A stretch of DNA of 64,000 nt from Epiperipatus broadwayi (taxonomy: Eukaryota; Animalia; Onychophora). Position 1 is the first letter of the stretch, and each line of letters opens with the position of its first letter. The notes below the pieces were generated by a model that was not told where the DNA came from, did not search any database, and saw only the letters and a program-made list of their open reading frames with translations. The stretch lies in assembly GCA_028023455.1 (NCBI GenBank), contig JAQFVV010000004.1:26040001-26104000 (forward strand), written 5' to 3'. Shown here one piece after another: positions 28,364 through 42,940 of this stretch. Made by a program: the position numbers and the translations under genes.

Positions 28364-31300
28364 GTTAGGATTTAGCTATACATTTTGCTATTCATATTTA
28401 ATAATATTACAACTTAAGAGAAGTTTTAATTTATCTTCCTTCTTTATCTTTACAAACTTGCTTTTTTAAAAACAGAGATGTTTTCATTATATGTTTAACA
28501 GTAAAAAATAAAATAAAATAAAATTTTAATTTTTATTATACACTTGCTGTCATTACGGCAGTTCTCAAAAAAAAAAGTTTCTTAGCCAATTTTTCTCATT
28601 TACATGTCTTTTTAAAAAAAAAATGAAAAAAAAAATGTATTTATTTTATCATATTTTATAAACTAATTCAAAAGAAATTAAATAAATCTTTTAATTAAAC
28701 CAGTATAATCTTTGGGATTATTTAAGAAAAAAAAACAAATAATAATAATTTGTTTTTCTTTATCTTACTGAACTTCATGTAAAATGCTGTTGGTTTTCAC
28801 TTTCAGGTTAAGCACAGTTTAACTGACTTAGTGTTTGGAAAGAGAGCAAAACTAATATATGAAAGAAAGAAAAGGAAAATAAAATATTAAAATTATACAA
28901 TAATAAAAAAAACTGGATATTTTGTAGCAAAATATAAGATTACAATATAAAAAGTAAAACACTTTAAATAACACATCAACCTTTTGACTAGGAGAATACA
29001 AAAGAAAATATTTATCAGGTTAAAGCATTGTTTAGTTTTTTATTTTACTTTCAATTAAAAAATATTACATATTCAATTAGAGATAATACAACTTTTGTCT
29101 TTTCTAAAGTCTCTACCTTATGTCTTAGTCTGAGAATTTCTCAATACTCAACAAGACATCATTGAGATATTATAAAAAAAAACAGTACAGTGCATATGTT
29201 AGGATAAAAAATCCTTACTGTCTAAATTATAATGCTTATTGTAAATTAATATTTTATTGTGTAGAAATTATTATATATTGTAAATAAATATTTTTTGTTA
29301 TTAATTAAATATGTTTTTGTTTCATTGTCATTATGACATTCTTGCACTATCACATTTGTTACTTAAAAAATCTGCTTTAACAAAGTTTTCATTATTAATT
29401 ATCTTATAAAAGTACTGTTCAATGGACACATAGAACTTGCTTATCTACTTTACTTATTGCTCATTTTTATCTGCATTTTAGAATTTATTTATTTTTCAAA
29501 TTTATTCATTTATTTTTCTCATTGTTCATTTTTACCTGCATTATCAGAAGATAAATACCATGTTATTTGTTTTATTTTAAATGTACTTGTAATGTAGTTG
29601 GTAGCATAAAATATACCCTTACTGTCTTCTGCATTATTCCATGTTATTGCTCATTAAAAGTTGCACCAGAATATAGAAAATTTATGTGTTTTATAGTTAA
29701 TAGAAATTAAATAGTTACACTTGAATAACTTTAAAGTAATTACAAATATTTCTATTCAATAGTCATATATTATTTAAGTATTTGAATATTCTATTATTAT
29801 ATAGTTTCATTTCTGCTTCCTTAAAATAAAATGTTAAGAATAAAACTAAAAGAATAATATAAAATGTTTAATGTATAACTTGAAAATGGTGATCATATTT
29901 TAAGAATTTGAACTATATTACTTTAGTATTTTTCTTGTTCCAAGTGCATTTTGAATTTGAATCTTGAGATAAAGATATTTCAGAACCTAAGATAAGATTT
30001 TAAAATTGTAAAATAACTTATATTTTTAGCAACTTTAAAAAAAAATCTGAAATAAGATTTAATTTAATATAAGAACATTGTATATTGGTAACTAGAATTA
30101 ATTATTATGTTGTCTATAAGAGAATTCATACCTTGATATTTCAAAATCCATAGCTATTATGGTACTGTTTGGTGTAACCTATGATTCCACAATTTGTGTC
30201 AGGGTAGGTTGATGGTGGATTACAATATACTTATATATTCTAATGGTTAGACTTGATGTACAACTCTTAATCTATATATTTGCTGTGTATATTTTTACAA
30301 TAATAATATAATAATAGTGACACTAAAAATTATATTTCAAATATAAAAAAGCATGAAGGTAGTAAATTGTCTAGCAAGTTTAATATAATATAGTAACTTA
30401 TACTTGATTTTATATACAAAAGAATAGAATCATTTAACTATCAAATAAGCAAAATCATATTATAATTTAAAGTTAGTAATGTTTTTATTTAAATAAAATA
30501 GCAAATAAAGCATTATTTATACAATAATTTAAATGGTCCCTATTATCCACACATACATATAATCAGTGCTCAGTTTATATTAACCCATTTGATGTAATAT
30601 TACTAACAGTTGAATGTATTTGGAATATTTAAATAAAGTTAAATTTTTCTAAAGACATTCATTATGCATATTAGATGATGAAAATAGTCCAATATAAAAA
30701 TACAACTAGAACACCATCATCACAAACCTTCAGTAAATATCCTATACGCTGTGCTGTCTGCATTTGTAACATCAAAATTTTATTATAGCACTTATCAGTA
30801 TTTAAAGTTGCACTTCACATAAAGTTCTTTGATGTCAGTCAACGTTGGACACATTTTGTCTGTATCGAAATTAGACACAGACTGCTGCTAGATTTTGAAC
30901 ACTATTTATATGTGCAGTTGGAAAAAATTCATTGTCAGTCATGCAGTAATGATAATAAAAGTAATAATAATAGTAATTGGTGATGCTTTGATATGTAAAA
31001 TATCCACAAATATGTATATGCATTATTGTAGGCAAAAATATTCATTAAAATTAGATGTTATTATTTTAGCTAAATGTATTTTGGAGAAGGCAGATACTCG
31101 TGTCTTTTAATTGATATCAAATTTAAATAGAATGTTTAATCACTTAAAGAGAGTGTGCTATGGGTATCAAATTTAAATATTCACATCAGTACTTATTGAG
31201 ATGCTAGTTGAAATTTTATTGTTAACATTTGTATTATTATTTATTGTACCACATCTGGTTTAATTTTCTTTACAATGCCATGTTCAAAACAGACAAGCAT

Positions 31301-34300
31301 ATGATTTTCTAAGTTAAATAAATATCATTATTCTTTCTTGTGATCCAACAAAAATTAAATATACACTGCATTTTCCATAGTCTTATTATTTAAGTATTTA
31401 TACTGATTATCTTTTGTGGTAATGTTAAACTGAGATTCATTGTAATATCTAACTTCTACATAATGGTAAAACATGAAGTATTACTTCTACAAGTAAAAAT
31501 TTGTAGCGTTTGAAATAAAAACTGATATTAAATAAAAATGTACAGTTAGCTCATTTTGTTTTCAGTTTTTATGACAGTGATATTTGAAACAGTTTACAGA
31601 TTAAGATAGCAATATTCAACATTAATGAACAAAATTCAATTTTCTCTACTCTCCAACTCATCAGCCATCCATATCATTGAAAATCTGATGGTGGCATGTT
31701 GCAATTATACAAGCTAAAACAATAACATTTAAAGAAATAGCAAAAGAAATTATGTCCTGAGATGTTAAAAAAATGAAGAAATGTACTTTGTTCTCTTCAC
31801 TACATACAAGGGAGTATTATAAAAATAATAAAATGTTTTAAGATAAATTAATTTTTTTAAAGATTAATTTCTCATTACAATCTGTAAGCAGACAAAACTT
31901 TATATTATGTGAAATAGTTTTAAAGAGTAATACAATTGATTTTCACATTAAGCTGCAAAAGTTTGCTTTAAAAAAATTTACATTTATTTATGTGCAAGTG
32001 TTCTACATTTTATTTAAAGAATATGCAGAAAATTAAAAATTTAATTTATAACAAAATATATATTATAAAGCTTTATTTTTGAAAAAGAAACCATTTTAAT
32101 GTCATCTAAAATTCTGTGTGTTTTTAAATAGAAAAAGCTTATCTCTCTCTATATATATTTGCTATCTTAAAATAATATCAAAAATTGTAATAATAATAAA
32201 TTCATTTATTATTCTTGCTATAAATAAATGTAGTCTACCAAAGTGTAATAAGATTTATTTACTAATATATGCTGTGATATTATAAATGTTGTGAATATAC
32301 AAATAAATCTTTCACAAATGCATAAAGATATAAAAAAATCTGCTTAAATCTCAAAAACTTTACTTAATGCAATATTTTATCTCCACTGTCATTGCTAAGA
32401 AAGAAATGTTATTTTCACTGGAAATAATAAAGTATTCAAATAAATTTAAATTATAAATATTCATAAGTACTAGTTACTCTCATCTAATAAAGAACTGTCA
32501 TCGATTATTTTGCATAATAAAGTAAATATAAATGAGATATATTAATTATATTTACAAATGCCTTTCCAGACAGATATTGAACACTATCTCTTGTTTTAAT
32601 GTCCAACAAATAAAATATCAAAATGCTTGTCTTGAATATCTTCAGAAAGAAAAAAAAGATTAATATAAATGTTTTCTTTAATATTCAAATAAAGATAGAG
32701 TCTGTGAAATTTTTATATCGTATTATAATGTATTTTATTATATTCAAACATATAACTATATTTATTGTATTTTATAATTATACATAAAGTATTGTTTTTA
32801 TGTAAACGGATTTTTATTTTGAAATCCATTTTTAAACTTAACTATTGTACAATATAAAATGATAGCTTATTGTTACACACTATTATAAAACCTTATATTT
32901 AGAAGAAATTGTTAATGCAAATTTTGAAAATATTATTTTAAGAACTATTTGTATCATTATTATTAAAACAATTTTATCAAGACTATTTAAGAGTTATATA
33001 GAGAATTTACAAAGTTCACTTAAACAAGAAGTTATGTCTTAATAATTATTTATTCCATAATTATGTAAGCTTTATATTTAATACTAGATTAAGCATATTT
33101 AAATTAATTATCTAATTCAATTTTATTATTTAAATAAACTAAGTTTAAAAGGGAATTTAACTAAAGTGATTTATAAAACTTAAATATAAATCAAGAAAAC
33201 AGATTTTATAAGTGTATAAATGTATGCATATCACAATATTTGCATTCATATAAATTAGTGAGAAATATTCATCATAAACATTATGATCTACTAATAGGCT
33301 AATATTCCAAATCCCAAGAAACTAACATGAGAGTATTTCTTTGTGATTAAGCTAAGAATTAAAATTTTTTGAGAATACCAATTAATTTGAATTCTTATGC
33401 ACATACACAATATATTTATATAATAGCATGGGTCTGCTTTCAGATAAAGGATTTTCTCACTCTCCTCAATATATTGAGTATTCATAACTTTGGCATTAAG
33501 TTGATATATTTTATAAAATCTCATCTACTTATTTTCTTATGAAGGACAATTGTGTTACCACAAGATATAGATGGGAAAACAAGGGTACAATATATCAAAA
33601 GGCTTTTAGAAAAAATATTTTATTATACTGCCACAAAATTTTAATCATAAACAAAGACAATGACATACCAGCCAATTGACTTTCATATTACATTATTATA
33701 TTCCCACAAGATGTAGATCAGAAAATGATGACATTGATATTGCATTGTATTATTACAGTATTGAATTATTTTTTTTTTAAATATTTTATTAAAGTGTAGC
33801 AAAGTAGAAATCTTCTCACCATCATATATTCAATCAATATTTCATTGAGATTCAAACATCTTATGTATTTAAAATCATAATATCTCTTGTATATTGTAGT
33901 CAACCAATATATTTTGAGACTAGATTAATAAAGTAATATATTTATTTTATTATTAATTTTTGAAGCACTGAGTATGTGTTAGGGGTATGTTAACATTCTC
34001 AAATAATATTTGATCACAGTTTTCATCATTTCTTTCAATATGCAAAAAATACTATGTATGAGACTCTTACATGACTGTTAATATCAATAAATGTTTAATT
34101 CAAATATATAAAGTTGAATACACCAACAAAAATGTGCATTAATTATTTTATGCAAGATAAACTACCTGGTACTAATTTGAAAACATGACGTGTTATATAT
34201 TCATTTTAGTAATCATTTCCTAAATCTTGTAGATTAGTTAATAATATGAATTGAGCACTTACAATTTAAACCCTTCTAAATGTTTTCTATAAGATAATAA

Positions 34301-35114
34301 GTACTCAGTGAAAAAAACATTACAATAATGTAAAAGAGAAAATGAGAATAAGTTAAGACAATATGTTGTAGGTAGTATAGTTTGATCCATTAATTATTTA
34401 ATAAAAGTAAAATTGTTGTTATAAATTTTATACTTATTTCCTCTATTATTTTAGATATACTGTATTTTAAATTACAAACAGATTATTTAGACTTCACAAT
34501 CCTAGTGTTCTTCTTCAACAAATGACCATCAGCTGAAATTAACCAAATCATATAAGCCTGGTGCATTATGCATGAAGATTAAAATAGAATTATGTTATCA
34601 TTATCAAACATTCCATATATAATTATTAAATTGATCTTATATATATATAAGATCTGTAGCAATACATTTTTTATAAATTTCTATAATTTTGGCACAATTG
34701 ATTTTTGTTCACTTTCAAATGGTCAGTTTTAAGATTTTTATCTAAACTTCTGTTATATTGATGTTTTATAGCAATGTTGAACATTGTTTCATTTTTGAAT
34801 ATGTAATGTGATGGGAAAATGTTTCCTAAACATAATAAACTCAAATGAGTCTTAACTAATTGATACTATTTGAGAGTTAAAGCATTATCACAACAAACCA
34901 TTTAGATTATCAAAGATTGACATGTTGAAAAAAAAACAACAACTTTCAAATATAAAACTATCAAATTATATACATTATAGAGGTCTACTTTTCACAAAAA
35001 AATTATTTTGCTATAAGTAAAAAAAAGTTTTTTTTATAAAAATGACAAGAAAAAATATTGTTCATAGCACACTGAAAATAGGACAATTATTTATAAAAAA
35101 AAAAAAAAATTAAA

Positions 35115-35348
35115 TAGGCAAAACTCTCCATACAGTAATGCCACTCAGTGCACACCAGAGTAATCAATGGATGCCAGAAGGCTTGTGTATAAAATCCCTA
35201 TCTGGTGCCTACTCATCCAATATCCCCAGACTAGTTTCTAGTTTGTGGCTTGCACTGAGTGGCATTACTGTATGGAGAGTTTTGTCTGTTTTAATAACAG
35301 TTATGGGCAAGCATAAGAAAGGTGATCATGTGACATTTAGTGGTTTAA
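35115..35348 (+). mobile_element. Family A fold-back element (A2)
   Basis: About 36-bp inverted ends (ggcaaaactctccatacagtaatgccactcagtgca / tgcactgagtggcattactgtatggagagttttgtc). The 3' half of the HHR is on the minus strand (GAAACUAGUCUGGGGA). The family tail ends in tggtttaaa. Confidence 0.85.
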
Positions 35349-35949
35349 AAAAATTGTTTACATATACATAAATATAGTAATACTTAGTTGTTATTTGATT
35401 ATAACTAGTTTTGGTAAAGAAATTAAGCATAAATTAAGTTTATAAAGCTTGGTATGTATGTAGTTTGAATGAGAAAAAATAATATATTTAAATGAATAAT
35501 GACTTATTTATTTCACGGTCAGTCATGTGGTTTTCCACATGACAGTAATCTGTTTTTCTCTTGATATGAAGATCCTAATAATGTACCATTCAAAAGTTTT
35601 AAAGAAAATTCTAATAAATAGTTTAAATAAAGTATTAAATGTAATAATAATAGGCATATTCAAATGTTAAAATAAATTTATAAATGTCATATTTAAAATA
35701 ATATAAGTTTGTTTAAAATATTTAAATTTAAAAGAAACTAGTATATTATGTGAATTATTTAAAACTGTTTCTCTTATGAAAGATTAAAAGAATGTAATGG
35801 AATGTATTGCAAAATAACTCAATCAAATATACTAGTGTAAAAATTAAAAAATTAGATGAAAAATAAGTTAACAAATAGATTAAAACTGTTCTGAGATATA
35901 AGATTCAAAAACAGGAAAAATTCAAACAATTTAATAATTATAGTGTTTT

Positions 35950-36200
35950 AAAATTCATATAATTAAGGTAAATTGATGTCATAAAGTTATTGAAAATAAG
36001 AGATTATCAACGGTGTTAAAAACAAGAGCTGTCAATTTTTCTCAAAACTAATCAATCTGGATTCTCATTTTATTTAACCTACATTGACCTGTCATTAGGA
36101 TGGCTGAGTAAAAAATAGGAAAGCTGCTGAATGCTGAAATCTAACCTGGTCCCCTTGTTAATCTGACTAAGCTGTTTAGAAAGAATCTTTTTTCAAAATG
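35950..36200 (+). mobile_element. LINE-derived dispersed repeat (same family as 52810-53050)
   Basis: Shares ggtgttaaaaacaaga..atctgg..ttatttaacct..ctgagta..ctgctgaaatcta with the reverse complement of 52810-53050. Confidence 0.5.
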
Positions 36201-36750
36201 AAATAGCAACATGTAAGAAAAAGAATAGGATTATAAATTGAATCAATTAATGGAAGTGTTCAGGGTAGAAATAGTATCCCCCTTCACAAAAATTATTACA
36301 ATGATCTGTAGAGAACTCCAGCTTCCAAACTTTTGCTGTTTGTTTTTTTTTTAAAAAAGCAACCTTTAGTCGATTAGACTTTATCCTAATGTATTAATCA
36401 CTTTAAGTATATTTAATTCTAACAAATTGTATTTTATTATTAATAGAGTGTTTATATAGAATATTATTTAATTTGTTCATTAAAGAAGGAAGTGAATAGT
36501 TTTTTTATAAAAAGGCTAGCATTTGTTGCTAAGCATTTATAAATCTTCAAGCTGCCTTTTAAAGCATCTGGAATTTAAATAAATGTATTAAAAAATGCTT
36601 AGCTTGTCTTTTTATAAATATGATATCATTTGTTTAAATTGTATCTTTTTTTTTTAAAGTTTTATTTAATATGAAATTGCCAGCAAATATATAAAGTTGT
36701 ATATATTCAGAATATAATTTTCACTTTAAACATACAAAATGTCCACACTC

Positions 36751-36848
36751 GTCAAGCGTTGGTGGCCGAGTGGTCAGCACAGCTGCCTTACAACAAGCAG
36801 TTGTCTCGGGTTCGTTTCCTGGACGATGCTTTGACACATGAAAAAAAA
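36751..36848 (+). mobile_element. tRNA-Gly(TCC)-derived short retroposon, copy 2
   Basis: Structure is GTCAA + tRNA-Gly-like body (3-nt insertion in the anticodon loop) + TTTGACACATG + A8. TSD aaaatgtccacactc (36736-36750) / aaaatgtctacactt (36845-36859) matches at 13 of 15 bases. Confidence 0.8.
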
Positions 36849-37696
36849 TGTCTACACTTGTAAAATATATAAAGTGAAGTATTGGAGAGTTAAATAATGA
36901 TTGTAATATAATTATTAGTATTTTAAGTTAAAGATTTATTTTGAATTTTAATTGAGTGTATTTCTATGTAAATTAGCCATTCTTTTGATCACTGAATGTC
37001 AGACTTTATGTATGTAGAACTTGTAATATAAATGCAGTTGTTAGGTAATTGTTGAATGGTTCAAATATTTTATATCTATATAGTGGGTTTATTCATAACT
37101 TTATTCTGTAAATTTGGGTTCAGTTTTGAAGGACCATCTCAGTTAATTAATGAGTGTTATTATTATATTAAAGATAGGAATCAAAAGAACCATGGGATTT
37201 GGACCTAAAGTGGCCACTTCCAGAATTATTTTTGTAAGAAAGGTATATTGATTATAACAATCCCATATTAGTTATATGTGTGTGAATATGCTCTGAAGCT
37301 AATAATATGAATAAATATATTGTCTTTGCAAAAGTCAGCCATATGTAGGATTATATCCAGGGTATAATAAATGCCAGCGATTTTGGTATTAGATCATATA
37401 ACCAGGTTAGTGTTATAAGATGAAATTGAAGGATTAATGTTTAAAATTAATCAAAATAAATCTTGGACACTTTACAAAAATAATTACTATTGTTTTCCAC
37501 CATGCCTGTAAACTAAAACTTAAAAGATAATGGGAAAATGACTTATTAAAGCAATAAACAATTATAAAAAATAGTGGCATAAATTCTTATGATATAGTTG
37601 GTAATGTAAATATGTTTAGGGAAAGGTACATTATATCTTATCTGACAATTACAATAAATGTAAATAAACTATTGTTTGTTATTTCTTTAAATAATG

Positions 37697-37926
37697 TGTT
37701 AAGTCTTTATATGTAATATTGTCTGCTCTGCATATTTATTCTATGTCCATTTCATCAGAGTAACTTATGTTCTACATGATTTAGGCATATTAAAAAAAAT
37801 ATTTTGAATTCTATTAATATATATATATATATAATGAATATGTGTCATATATTTCCTAATGTTTAAATGCCAAGTGGAGCCTGAATATATTAAATTAAAT
37901 TAAATTAAGATAAGCTGACCATTACA
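37697..37926 (-). mobile_element. Dispersed repeat family E, putative solo LTR
   Basis: Homologous to 47977-48194 and 58357-58637. The family begins TGTAAT and, in the other two copies, ends in CA. Confidence 0.45.
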
Positions 37927-38529
37927 ATATATCAATAATAAAAAGATAACATATAATCTTTTAAAGTGTGCAGTGGTGGAGATATCCCCCCTCCACACAC
38001 ACACACACACACACATTACACAACTGGGTTTTCCAATTGCTGGATGGTGACAGTTTTAATGTTTCTCCATCATGTTTTAACTTCTAGGTATGTAGCAACA
38101 AATATTAGACAATTAGGTATATTGCTTTTGACAATCTACATAAGCTTGATTAAAACTGTAAAAAAATATCCCAGTCTGAGAATCATGGGTAAGACAGAGA
38201 GCTGCTCCCTCACAATAAGATATTGATGCACTGCCACTATATTGGAAGATCATGCAACATTCAACACTATGAGAAAACTATATTTCACTTTAAAAATCAT
38301 TTAAAAAGTAATATAAAACGATTAAAATTAAATTAGTATTAAAAATAGAAAAAAATAAAGATAAAAATCTTTTATAACATAACTGCTTCTATTCCCATAA
38401 TTAGAAACTTAGATTGTTTTCATAATAGATCTCCAATGTACCAATTACCTGAAAGAGAGAAAAAGGAAATGATTAAGCCATTAGTTTTTACAATGTAGAA
38501 TCATTCCCTAGTTTATATTTTTTATGCAG

Positions 38530-38672
38530 GTCAGACGCCACTGTTTTGTCGTTTTCTAAGAAAATGTTATCTCTTGATCTGCAACTGGATTACAGTAGAA
38601 GTGAATTTGTTGTCTTGTTTTCCTCAGTTGCAAAATCCTGGATAGAAGTGGGAAGAGAATTCTCAGATGAAG
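38530..38672 (+). CDS. Best candidate exon (SDATVLSFSKKMLSLDLQLDYSRSEFVVLFSSVAKSWIEVGREFSDE)
   Basis: Acceptor tatattttttatgcag and donor GAAG|gtataa bound 143 nt. Only one frame is open across it and the amino-acid composition looks coding. Protein not recognised. Confidence 0.5.
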
Positions 38673-39124
38673 GTATAAATCACAGAATTCAAGAGAAAAA
38701 AAAAGTGATATAATTAAAAGGCAAGCTTTTAAGTTAAACACAGAATCAAAATAAATCCATTAAAAGTGTTAAAATTCTTTTACTTACACTAAAAGTAAAT
38801 ATAAAAAAATTAATTATAAATTAAATAAATAAAATGCAAAAATAAAATAGAAATAAATGTCTACTTTGATAGTTATAAGTATTAATAACTTTGTCAATAT
38901 ATTCATTTTTTAAGTCTTAATTTAATTTTCATTACTATTTTTAAAAGATAGTGGAAACTTAGAATATATATTTTTATATAACAAGAATGGTCATAATTAA
39001 TTATTCTACTCATCAGTCAATACAAAATATAAATAGTATTTTTTAAGTAGTAAATGTGAGATGCAAAGCTTCCTTAGAGTAAATTGTACATGCCTTTTTT
39101 GATATTGTTGAAAAAGGACATTTT

Positions 39125-39820
39125 TTGTTTAAACAGCTACTGTTTCAGTACAATAACATGTACCTTCCTCAGAGTGTCATCTTTTTCAAATCATAAAAAT
39201 GAGTGTGAGATTTAAAATCATTATTTTTATCTTGTTCATTCTCCTCATATTTAACTTCTATTGACTGAGAAGTTTTAAGAATTATTTTGTCTTCCAATAG
39301 CTTCTTCCAAATATTGTTGATTTTCTTTAATTCACGTTTCATTTATGCTCTTGGGTCTTTTAAAAATATCTATAGCTTCACTTAGCAATCTCTGATCATA
39401 TTGTTCAATTTTTGCTAGAATATTTGTTTTATCAAAATTGATATCATGATTAATCAATTTTATATGAGAATAAACAGCTGATGAATTGGATTTTTCTCTG
39501 ACTGTCAGAATATGGTCTTCCTTTCTAATATTTATTCTACAATTAGTCTATCCAAAAATATGAATGTGAACAGACCTTACATAGAATTTCATATACACTA
39601 TGACCAGAAATTTCTAAGAGAAGCTATAGAGATTTTTATAAGACCCAAGAATATAACTGAAAGGTATTAAAAAAATTAACAACATTTGGAAGAAGCTATT
39701 GAAAGACAAAATAATTATTAAAACTTCTCAATGAATAGAATTTAAATATGAGGAGAAAGAAAAAGTTAAAAATAATGACTTTAAATCTCATACACATTCC
39801 TATGATTTGAGAAAGAGGAA
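39125..39820. mobile_element. Fold-back Penelope-like element remnant, family B (GIY-YIG endonuclease)
   Basis: Arms about 39170-39410 and 39590-39820. Minus-strand 39538-39332 reads RINIRKEDHILTVREKSNSSAVYSHIKLINHDINFDKTNILAKIEQYDQRLLSEAIDIFKRPKSINET*, preceded in frame by IFG*T (decayed YIGQT). The plus arm reads FLREAIEI..KINNIWKKLL. Confidence 0.85.
39133..39179 (-). ncRNA. Candidate hammerhead ribozyme downstream of the family B endonuclease
   Basis: ACACU CUGAGGA AGGUACA UGUUAU UGUACU GAA ACAGU A GCUGU. The core is intact, stem II is GUACA/UGUAC and stem I has one mismatch. Confidence 0.5.
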
Positions 39821-42539
39821 GTCATATATACATAGTTAAAGTTAAGATTCATATTATAGTAAAAGATAAATAATAAATTATAATCCACATGAGTGATTGA
39901 ATACATAACTACTGGTAATAAACTAATTTTATTTTTGTTTTAAATTGTATATTTGCATTCAATGCAAACTATCTTTTTTAAAGCTAGTCTAAAATCATTA
40001 TCGAAGCATATATATTAATTCAATCACATCTTTCAATAACAGCTGGTTTGACAAATTTGACAAGCCTAATTCTTAAAGGTATTTTTGAAATTGTTAATTC
40101 TATTTAATAAAGGGGGGGGTATCATAATCTGAGATTAAATTGTTTATTCATGATAGAACGTATTTTGTTACATACAGTTATCAAAGTATCTCAATTCAAA
40201 ATCTTTTAGTTAGAATTTGATTGCTTTTTTTTATATTATACTTGAATTTATTTGTTTAGCAAGCACATTTTTAAAGTATTCAATATTGACCAATTTCTTT
40301 ATGTATTTTTCTAGATTACTCTTTTTATCAGTTACAAATTTGCTAGGCTGTGAATTCCTAATATGGTTGCTTTTAATCCTGCTATTTTAGAATAAAAAGG
40401 AATGTGGTGATGAGTGTAAATAATCTCTAATGTATAATATTACTTTTCTCAAATTCAGAAATTAACCCAATTTAACTTATTTGAAATATTCAATAGGCAA
40501 ATATATTTTATTTATGAGGTTTATTACTATGTTTATTCAAAGTAACATATGTTTGTGGTTGTTTTTAGGTTACATAGTATTAAATTATTTGCTAAAACGT
40601 AAGTTGAGTAAGGTAACAAAGTACTATGACCAAGCAATAATCCATCAAATTTAGATCTGTATCCTAAACTGTTCTGAGCCATTTTATTATAAATAAATAT
40701 TATAGGTTTAAAAAAAAAAGAAAAAATAAATAAAGTCAGTTAAAATTATTTTCTTTTCTTTTAAACATTTTTTTTTATTTGATAAACTTTTATAAAAAAT
40801 TTACAGAAATATGATATTTTAAATAAAATTCTAAATTAATAAATAAACTAAGTTAGTTTGCATGTTGAATGTTCCAAATTTATAAAATTAAAAAAATAGC
40901 TAGTTTTGACATTCTTTGTAGAATCCCCAACAGTACTGCTTAACATGTGTCTATTACTTCTTAATAACATCAGTAAAGTGTCATTGTTGCATTAATAATT
41001 TAACTTTTAGTGTCGTAATCATATTTTCCATTATTATTTTTATTTTTGTCTTTAATCGATAGTTTTATTTAGAATTTTTTGTGTAAACAAATATTTTTTC
41101 ATATTTTTAATAAACCAGAAAGATTAAAAATAATAATAATAATAAGTTTTCAACATATTGATTGCTAAAGTCTTAACTTCTAAAACAAATAATGGTTGTG
41201 AGTACTGAAAAGAAAAAATATAGTTTGATAGTTTTAGACAATGATTAAAAAACAACAAAAATATTTAAATCAAAGCAGTTAAATATTTTTTGCATTGCAC
41301 AATTTTTTTAAAAAAAGTATTGATTATACATTTTTTTAAAAATCTAACAATTCTATTTATATGTCAGATTATATAAATATTACATATTTACTTTGATACA
41401 GATTTATAAAATAAAAAACGAGTGACTTTTTAAGAAATATTTTAAACTTTATGTAAAATAAAGAATTATTATATTTTGAAATTTTTTCAGATTACAATGA
41501 GATTAAGCTTTTTTTCATAGACAATCCATCTCATTATCCAGCTATTATTAGTTAGAGAGTAAAGTCTAAAATTAAACTTTGTAGGGAATATTTAATACTC
41601 AGATTGTAAAAATAAAATCTATGATGCAGCTATTTCTACTGGTAACAAAGACCTCTCATCCCTGCAAGATTTTAAATAAGATTTTAAATATTTTTAGTAT
41701 GACATATATTACCTACTGCATAAATGATGGTATAATCTTATTAAAATGGATTTTTATATTATCTTATTAGCATAAATAAGATAAACAAATGAAAAAAGTT
41801 TAATGCTGCCTTACAAGGTGTTATTCTATGCAAGAATTGGTAAAAGGTGATGATATCATAAAATATCTTAATTTGTATATAATATGGTTTATACAACTGT
41901 GATTTCCGAATATTTAGACCATCCTAGTTTAAGATAATAGTGCAGTAGAATATAGGTATATGTTCAAAATGATGACTGTACATATATCTACATATATTGA
42001 TCCCATATTGATGCATCAACAATAGAATTTTATTGGCAATTTACCATCAGGCCTCATTTAGAATGCCAAATATACTATAATTTTATGAGAAGGGGAGGCA
42101 GTGAAAGGTTAATACCATGTTTTCTAAATATCATGTTCTCTAAAACTGCTCAATGATATATGAGGTAAATCTCATTTACCAATTTCCCTACCAAACACCC
42201 AGATATTTGATATGACAAGTTCTTGGAATGTTATGAAAAGGATACCAGCTACTTATGTCTAAGATAAATTTATCCCCATGGTCAATATTTAGTAAATAAA
42301 TTGTAATATTACATTACTTCTATGGCTGTTTAACTATTTCAAGATAACCAAATCCAATATAGATTGAAATACTACATTTAAATATGCTTAGTTAATTAAG
42401 CATTATAACTAATAATTATAATTTAAGCCTCATACATTTTCACATTTAATATATTACCAAATATTGTAATAGTTATCTGATAAACCCGAACATCTTAGAC
42501 CTCACTTTCAACATCACACATAAGAGTAAAATTATTACA

Positions 42540-42900
42540 ATAATTTGTTTTCCATAAGTTAATATTTTGCTTCTGTCATTAAGGACACCAAGATTATTAA
42601 CTTCATAACTAAATTTTTAGATCAACTTGTCTATTCAATTTTACTATACACTTCAAACTTCACCAGAAAATATGACAAAATTACTCAAACACATATATAA
42701 GATTTAGATAAGATATATAAATGATTTTTCCCCCATAGGTTAATATTTTGCTTCTATCATAAAGGACACCAAGATTATTAACTTTATAATTAATTTTTAA
42801 CATTAGCATGTCTATTCCATTTTACTATACACTTCAAACTTCATCAGAAAATATGACAAAATTACTCAAATACATATATAAGATATAGAAAAGATATATA
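42540..42900. repeat. About 180-bp imperfect tandem duplication
   Basis: ttaatattttgcttct..aaggacaccaagattattaact..ttttactatacacttcaaacttca..agaaaatatgacaaaattactcaaa occurs twice. Confidence 0.9.
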
Positions 42901-42940
42901 AATAAATAATGATATATCAGAAGAAGTTAAATTATAATAA

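Noticed and set aside
35138-35371. ORF MPLSAHQSNQWMPEGLCIKSL.., echoed by 42909..43118
   Set aside because: It is antisense to the HHR strand of family A, frameshifted in A1, and runs through the palindrome. The similarity reflects the repeat, not coding constraint.
38443-38480. Minus-strand strong acceptor followed directly by GTAATT, as a recursive splice site
   Set aside because: No supporting minus-strand gene structure, and such motifs arise by chance in AT-rich DNA.
41830-42300. Possible Tc1/IS630-like transposase remnant
   Set aside because: One weak motif resemblance (HLP.S....W.VMKR) among many stops is not enough.
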